Part shown: positions 58,886 to 64,000 of the stretch, one piece after another
How positions within the stretch are numbered: the first letter of the stretch is position 1
Layout: each line of letters opens with the position of its first letter
Assembly: GCF_018977255.1 (NCBI RefSeq)
Contig: NW_024704762.1
Coordinates: forward strand, 6,634,001 to 6,698,000
Source: Callorhinchus milii
Lineage: Eukaryota
DNA: 64,000 nt
Direction of reading: 5' to 3'
Made by a program: the position numbers and the translations under genes
The notes under the pieces: generated by a model
What the model saw: only the letters and a program-made list of their open reading frames with translations
The model's database searches: none
What the model was told of the DNA's origin: nothing

Positions 58886-60187
58886 GAGTGAGTGAGTGAG
58901 TGACGGTTGGTCGGGGCGGGGCCGTTGCGGGTGAGTGACAGTTCTCAGGTCGAGGCGGAGCCGCTGGGGGTGAGTGACAGTTGGTCGGGGCGGGACCGTT
59001 GCGGGTGAGTGACAGTTGGTCAGGGCGGGGCCGTTGCGGATGAGTGACAGTTGGTCAGGGCGGGGCCGCTGCGGGTGAGTGACAGTTGGTCAGGGCGGGG
59101 CCGTTGCGGATGAGTGACAGTTGGTCAGGGCGGGGCCGTTGCGGGTGAGTGACAGTTGGTCAGGGCGGGGCCGTTGCGGATGAGTGACAGTTGGTCAGGG
59201 CGGGGCCGTTGCGGATGAGTGACAGTTGGTCAGGGCGGGGCCGTTGCGGGTGAGTGACAGTTGGTCAGGGCGGGGCCGTTGCGGGTGAGTGACAGTTGGT
59301 CAGGGCGGGGCCGTTGCGGATGAGTGACAGTTGTCGGGGCGGGGCCGCTGGGGGTGAGTGACAGTTCTCGGGTCGGGGCCGCTGGGGGTGAGTGACAGTT
59401 GGTCGGGGCGGGACAGTTGCGGGTGAGTGACAGTTGGTCAGGGCGGGGCCGTTGCGGGTGAGTGACAGTTGGTCAGGGCGGGGCCGTTGCGGGTGAGTGA
59501 CAGTTGTCGGGGCGGGGCCGCTGGGGGTGAGTGACAGTTCTCGGGTCGGGGCCGCTGGGGGTGAGTGACAGTTGGTCGGGGCGGGGCCGTTGCGGGTGAG
59601 TGACAGTTGGTCGGGGCGGGGCCGCTGGGGGTAAGTGACAGTTGGTCAGGGCGGGGCCGTTGCGGGTGAGTGACAGTTGTCGGGGCGGGGCCGTTGCGGG
59701 TAAGTGACAGTTGTCGAGTCGAGCCGGAGCCGCTGAGGGTGAGTGACAGTTGGTCGGGGCGGAGCCGTTGCGGGTGAGTGACAGTTGCTCGGGGCGGGGT
59801 CGTTGCGGGTGAGTGACCGTTATCGGGGCGGGGCCGCCGGGGGTGAGTGACAGTTTGTCGGGGCGGGGCCGCTGGGGTTGAGTGACAGTTGGTCGGGGCG
59901 GGGCGGGGGCCGCTGGGGGTGAGTGACAGTTGGTCGGGGTGGGGCGGGGCCGTTGCGGGGTGAGTGACAGTTGGTCGGGGCGGGGCCGCTGGGGGTGAGT
60001 GACAGTTGGTCGGGGCGGGGCCGCTGGGGGTGAGTGACAGTTGGTCGGGGCGGGGCCGCTGGGGGTGAGTGACAGTTGGTCGGGGTGGGGCGGGGCCGCT
60101 GGGGGTGAGTGACAGTTGGTCGGGGCGGGGCCGCTGGGGGTGAGTGACAGTTGGCGGGGGGGCTCGGCAGAGGTAAGTGACAGTTGG
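58886..60187 (+). repeat. ~32-bp GC-rich minisatellite (gggtgagtgacagttggtcggggcggggccgttgc), ~40 copies
   Basis: Directly visible tandem array immediately upstream of the C19orf25 first exon region. Confidence 0.95.
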
Positions 60188-60555
60188 AGGGATGGAATAG
60201 GTGAACCGGCGCCATTTTCTTTTGCCGGAGCGAACGGATTCCGCTCCCGCGGGGAGAAATCTATTCCGTCAGTTGTCTGTTTGGTGGGCTCGCCGCCGCC
60301 GCCCCTCCACACTCGGGGCTCGCTGACTGAACCCGTGGGTGGAGGAGGCCGAGTCTCGTCAGTCGGTTTGACCGAGGTGAGGTGTGGTGAGGTGAGGTGG
60401 AGGGGGGCGGAGCGCCGGCCAATGGCGGACGCGGCATTTGAATGCTGAGAGACGGTTTACTCATTAAACTCTCTCTGTCTGACCCGGGGGCAGGTTGTGC
60501 GGTGGTGGTGGTGGTGGTGGTCGTGCAGGTGGTGGAGGTGGAGGTGGTGGTGGGA

Positions 60556-61613
60556 ATGACCGCTCGAAGCAGGAAGCGACCAGTGCTGCCGACTAGGCCC
60601 GAACCGCCCTCTGTGTCCGAGGCCTTGGCCGACGTGTCAGGCGCCTCCGCCGGCGACCCGGTCTTCAGTTCCCCGGCGGAAGGCGGCGCAGGTATCAGAG
60701 CTGCAAATCGTCCCGTTTCCCCCCCCCCTCCCCTCCCTCACCCCCCCCCCTCCCCCCCCCTCACTCCCTCACCCCCTCAGGTGGTGTTTGCACTGTGGCT
60801 GTTAAGCGCTCTTCAACCTCAAACGCTCCATAAGAGGCTTCAATATGTCGCTGACCTCAACCTGTCGTGCGGTCAACTGGGAAACCAGATGTCACTGATG
60901 ATGATGATGATGATAAAATAACAATGATAATCCTTACCACATTATGTAGGGCTCTGCATTTTGTGGGCTCTGTAATCTCCCTCGACGTTGTGTTCCGGCG
61001 CTGCTCGGGCCGAACAATGAATCCCACCAATAAATATACAAAGAGCAAATAAATGTGGGTCACTCACCTCATGGCTGATTGCAGGACATTGCCGCGTGCG
61101 AATTGGGTGCCGCACCTGCCTGCGAAGGCCCGGTTACTACTACCCTTTCAGCAAAGTCCTGTGAAGTCCTAAGAAGGCGCTGTGTAAAAAAAAATGAAAG
61201 GACGATGATGATTGTTCTTATTGTTACTTGTAAGCCTTACCGAGGAAGCTGTGCGCATGAGCGAATGGCAGACGGTAATCCAGAAACTTACTGTAAAGTT
61301 ACAATACTGTTAAAATACACCAAGGTGCCTTTACAACACCTGAGAAACACCAACTTGAAAAGCAGCTTCTGTTCCTACTGTTTATTGTGTCGTTCCCATC
61401 GTTTTCTCAGAATTTCGGGCTCCAGGGAGAACAGAAGAGTTGATGCCAGACCTGGAAACCCAGTACCAGCAAAGCCGATCGTACGTTGAACTGAATAGGC
61501 GATTACAAGAGGAGCGGAATGTTCTGGCAGCTCGATGTGAGGCGCTGAGGAAAGCTGGAGAGGAACTAGACCTGAGCATTTCCGAAATTAAGGACAAGGC
61601 ATTTCAAAACTAA
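60556..61613 (+). CDS. C19orf25: UPF0449 protein C19orf25 homologue, 2 coding exons, 112 aa
   Basis: Exons 60556-60691 and 61411-61613: MTARSRKRPVLPTRPEPPSVSEALADV...DPVF | ...YQQSRSYVELNRRLQEERNVLAARCEALRKAGEEL. This matches recalled human C19orf25 motifs (LPTRPxPP, DPVF, YQQSR). Confidence 0.9.
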
Positions 61614-61680
61614 TTTGATCTGTATTTGTAGCCAACTATAAATGATCCTGCTGATAACAGCGGGTATTCTATTCTAACAG

Positions 61681-62124
61681 ATGGCATCAAACATTGACAC
61701 GGTCCCAACGTTGGAGTATGATTTTTCTCTCTGGTACTGTGAGATGGATGAAGAGGTGGCATTGACCATCTCCAGAATGCTGCACCAGAAAGGCTACAAG
61801 GGCTTCGTGGAGCGTCAAGACCAAGTAATGGGAGGCCTGCAAATAACTGAAGTTACCGATGTCATCCAACAAAGTAAATCCACCATTGTTTTATTATCTA
61901 AAAGCTCCTTGGACAGTAATTGGTGTTGGAGTGTCTCCAAGTGGAACTTTCAACACTATATTGAGCAGGGACGGAAGGTTATTCCAGTCTATGTTGACAT
62001 TCAGAAAGAACAGAGCCCATGTTTTCTAAGGCACCTAACCGGACTTGGTTACGGCACAAAATTCTTCCGAAAGAGACTTCTAGACAGCTTGGAAACCCGC
62101 AAGAAAACTGTAAAGCCGCGTTGA
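61681..62124 (+). CDS. Intronless TIR-domain-only protein (147 aa), TIRAP/TICAM-like adaptor candidate
   Basis: TIR layout: box1-like YDFSLWY, helix DEEVALTISRML, GYKGFVERQDQVMGG (BB loop), IQQSKSTIVLLS, SNWC, KVIPVY, PCFLRHL, FFRKRLLDSL. Preceded by acceptor ttctattctaacag|ATG and followed by AATAAA at 62128-62137. Confidence 0.85.
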   Translation: MASNIDTVPTLEYDFSLWYCEMDEEVALTISRMLHQKGYKGFVERQDQVMGGLQITEVTDVIQQSKSTIVLLSKSSLDSNWCWSVSKWNFQHYIEQGRKVIPVYVDIQKEQSPCFLRHLTGLGYGTKFFRKRLLDSLETRKKTVKPR

Positions 62125-62774
62125 GCAAATAAATAAACCGTTTGAGTGTAGCTGGTGTGAAATGGTGTTTAAGACGAGGTATAGTTTGGGTGAATTTGAC
62201 ACAGATTTTGATCAATATCTTTGGAATTAGGAATTCTCTGCTACAAACTTGTTGAAACGGAATCTCTAAATTCTTGGAAAAGGGAATTAGATGCCCAAAT
62301 ATAAATTGGTTTCACTCTAAACTGTACCCAGTTGAGATTCTTTCTCTCTACCCCTCCCCCTATACCAAATTCATGGTGGTTTCATGCACAAGGATAGAGG
62401 CAATCTGAAAGCTTGGAGCAATGGTTCAAAGCTTGGAATGTCCATGAAGTGTTAGATGAAGCATTGCTAAAGATTCTACTATTGGTTTTACGGGTAAAAT
62501 TATTGATCATAATGAATATTTTCAGATTTGTGTTGAAGGTAAAATGCTTATGTGGTGGATCATTTAGTTTGTATCGTATACGTATGCTGTGGGAAGTGTG
62601 TGCGTCATTCCGAGTGAGCGTGCATTGTAGCAGCACTTGGTCACAGTTCTTCCCAAATCTTAAATTCAGACAAAATTGAAAGCACAGAATTTAGTGCAGA
62701 ACAACAACACAATGACGAAAGTATGAGTTTCGTTTCTTGGCTTATTTCCTCATTCCATGTGAACTAATTAATTT

Positions 62775-62958
62775 TAGCTCCATCCCTACTTTCAAATCCT
62801 TCGTAACCCAATTTCAAATCCCGCCTAAAGGCCTTCCTTTTCGATCTTGATTACTGTCACCTCCCTCTGCCCTTGGCTCGGGGGTCAAACTCCACCACTG
62901 TCAAGCGCTCCGGGACGCTACCCCGTGTGAAGGCCGCTTTATAAATGCAAGTTGTTGT
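62775..62958 (+). mobile_element. L2 3' tail fragment
   Basis: ttcaaatcccgcctaaaggccttccttttcgat (FKSRLKAFLFD), then tail agcgctccgggacgc...gtgaaggccgctttataaatgcaagttgttg. Similar tails lie near 2781-2915, 22010-22170, 33350-33490 and 37050-37260. Confidence 0.7.
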
Positions 62959-64000
62959 AGCTGCAGCGCTCGTCTGTGAGTGCGAATCCAGGATAAAATT
63001 GTCACCTCTAGGTTTTAGTCACACTTGAAGTTGCTATTTCATTTTAAAATGGTATGGTTAGATGCTGGATTGATGTGGACTCCTGGTTTGTGACAGGCAT
63101 TGCAACTAAACAGTGAAACATGAGACCAGTTCTAGTTTCTTATGTCTTTTAATAAGGAAAAAACATTGAGGTGCGCCAGAGTCCCTGGTAAGAACAGTTA
63201 CAACATACGTAGCTCTGACTTGAGTGGGACACGTTATTTACATCTTTCTTTCAGTTCAGCCCAAAAATGCCTTTTAAAAATAGAAAACTTTTTTTTTCTG
63301 ACCAGGTGACCAAAGGCTCCAGAATCAGGAAACATCTAGATAACAGTGCAAAACACAAAGTGAAATAATTCTAGTTCAACACTAGGGTTTCAGCAAAACA
63401 TACAGACAATTAAAAAGGAATTCTCAAGTTGTTACTCTCAATACAGCAGCAAATATTAGACATTGTTCCACTGGATTAGCACTCCGTGAGTGAGTTGTAT
63501 AGCAGAGGTGTGTAATAGCATTTGTATCCAGTGATGTGAAATGTAAGGAACTGTAGAAATAAGCAGAGCTGATGTTAATAATAATAATAATCCTTGCATT
63601 TGACGTCATCATTGAGCGGTCTCAAAGCGCTTCACAGAATATACTATAAAGTGAATTGATTGTATATTTTGTGGGTGAAATGCGGCGCCCAGCAGTGTCC
63701 CACAAAGTCGTGGATTGAGTGACCAAATTATTTTTAATGTGTAATTGTAAGCCACTTGGAACTGAGTGATCAGGTCCTGGGATATCTTGCTGCCAAGTCC
63801 CTGCCTGAAGGTACTTATTGGTCAATATTTCTATCATAAAATCTAAGTGTGTCGTTCAAGGCCGTAACAGCTCAGGGTTTAGCTGATGTCTGCAACCTGC
63901 CTAATATCAGTTGAACTGACTCGGTAACGATGGCGCTGGTTATATCAAGCAGCTCATGCTGGACAAAAATGATAAATTGCATATTAGCAGAATTGCATAT

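Noticed and set aside
58886-60312. CRISPR-like array or Pro-rich ORFs
   Set aside because: Head-to-tail tandem units with no unique spacers, in a eukaryotic context; the ORFs are repeat translations.
61411-61690. In-frame C19orf25-TIR fusion protein
   Set aside because: The plausible donors are out of phase with the TIR ATG, and the upstream acceptor at 61660 meets an in-frame TAA.

Overview
This is vertebrate genomic DNA. The repeat content (tRNA-headed SINEs with L2-type tails, L2 remnants, a shark-type CR1 3' tail) suggests a cartilaginous fish, probably a chimaera such as Callorhinchus (inference). The gene set resembles human 19p13.3. I rebuilt the gene models by hand from GT-AG boundaries and codon-phase continuity. 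Left to right: CACTIN (-, 3' end runs off the window); an unidentified gene of at least 8 exons (-); a TMEM79-family gene (+); PCSK4 (-, 15 exons, intact catalytic residues), head-to-head with REEP6 (+); a diverged but intact tandem REEP6 duplicate (+); C19orf25 (+). Only 67 bp after the C19orf25 stop there is an intronless TIR-domain-only ORF with its own splice acceptor, and it appears to share the C19orf25 promoter and poly(A) site. That C19orf25/TIR unit, preceded by a ~40-copy TGAGTGACAG + GC-box minisatellite, is the best candidate for an undescribed system. Most long ORFs in the supplied track are artefacts of tandem repeats or N gaps. No database searches were run; family assignments come from recalled motifs.
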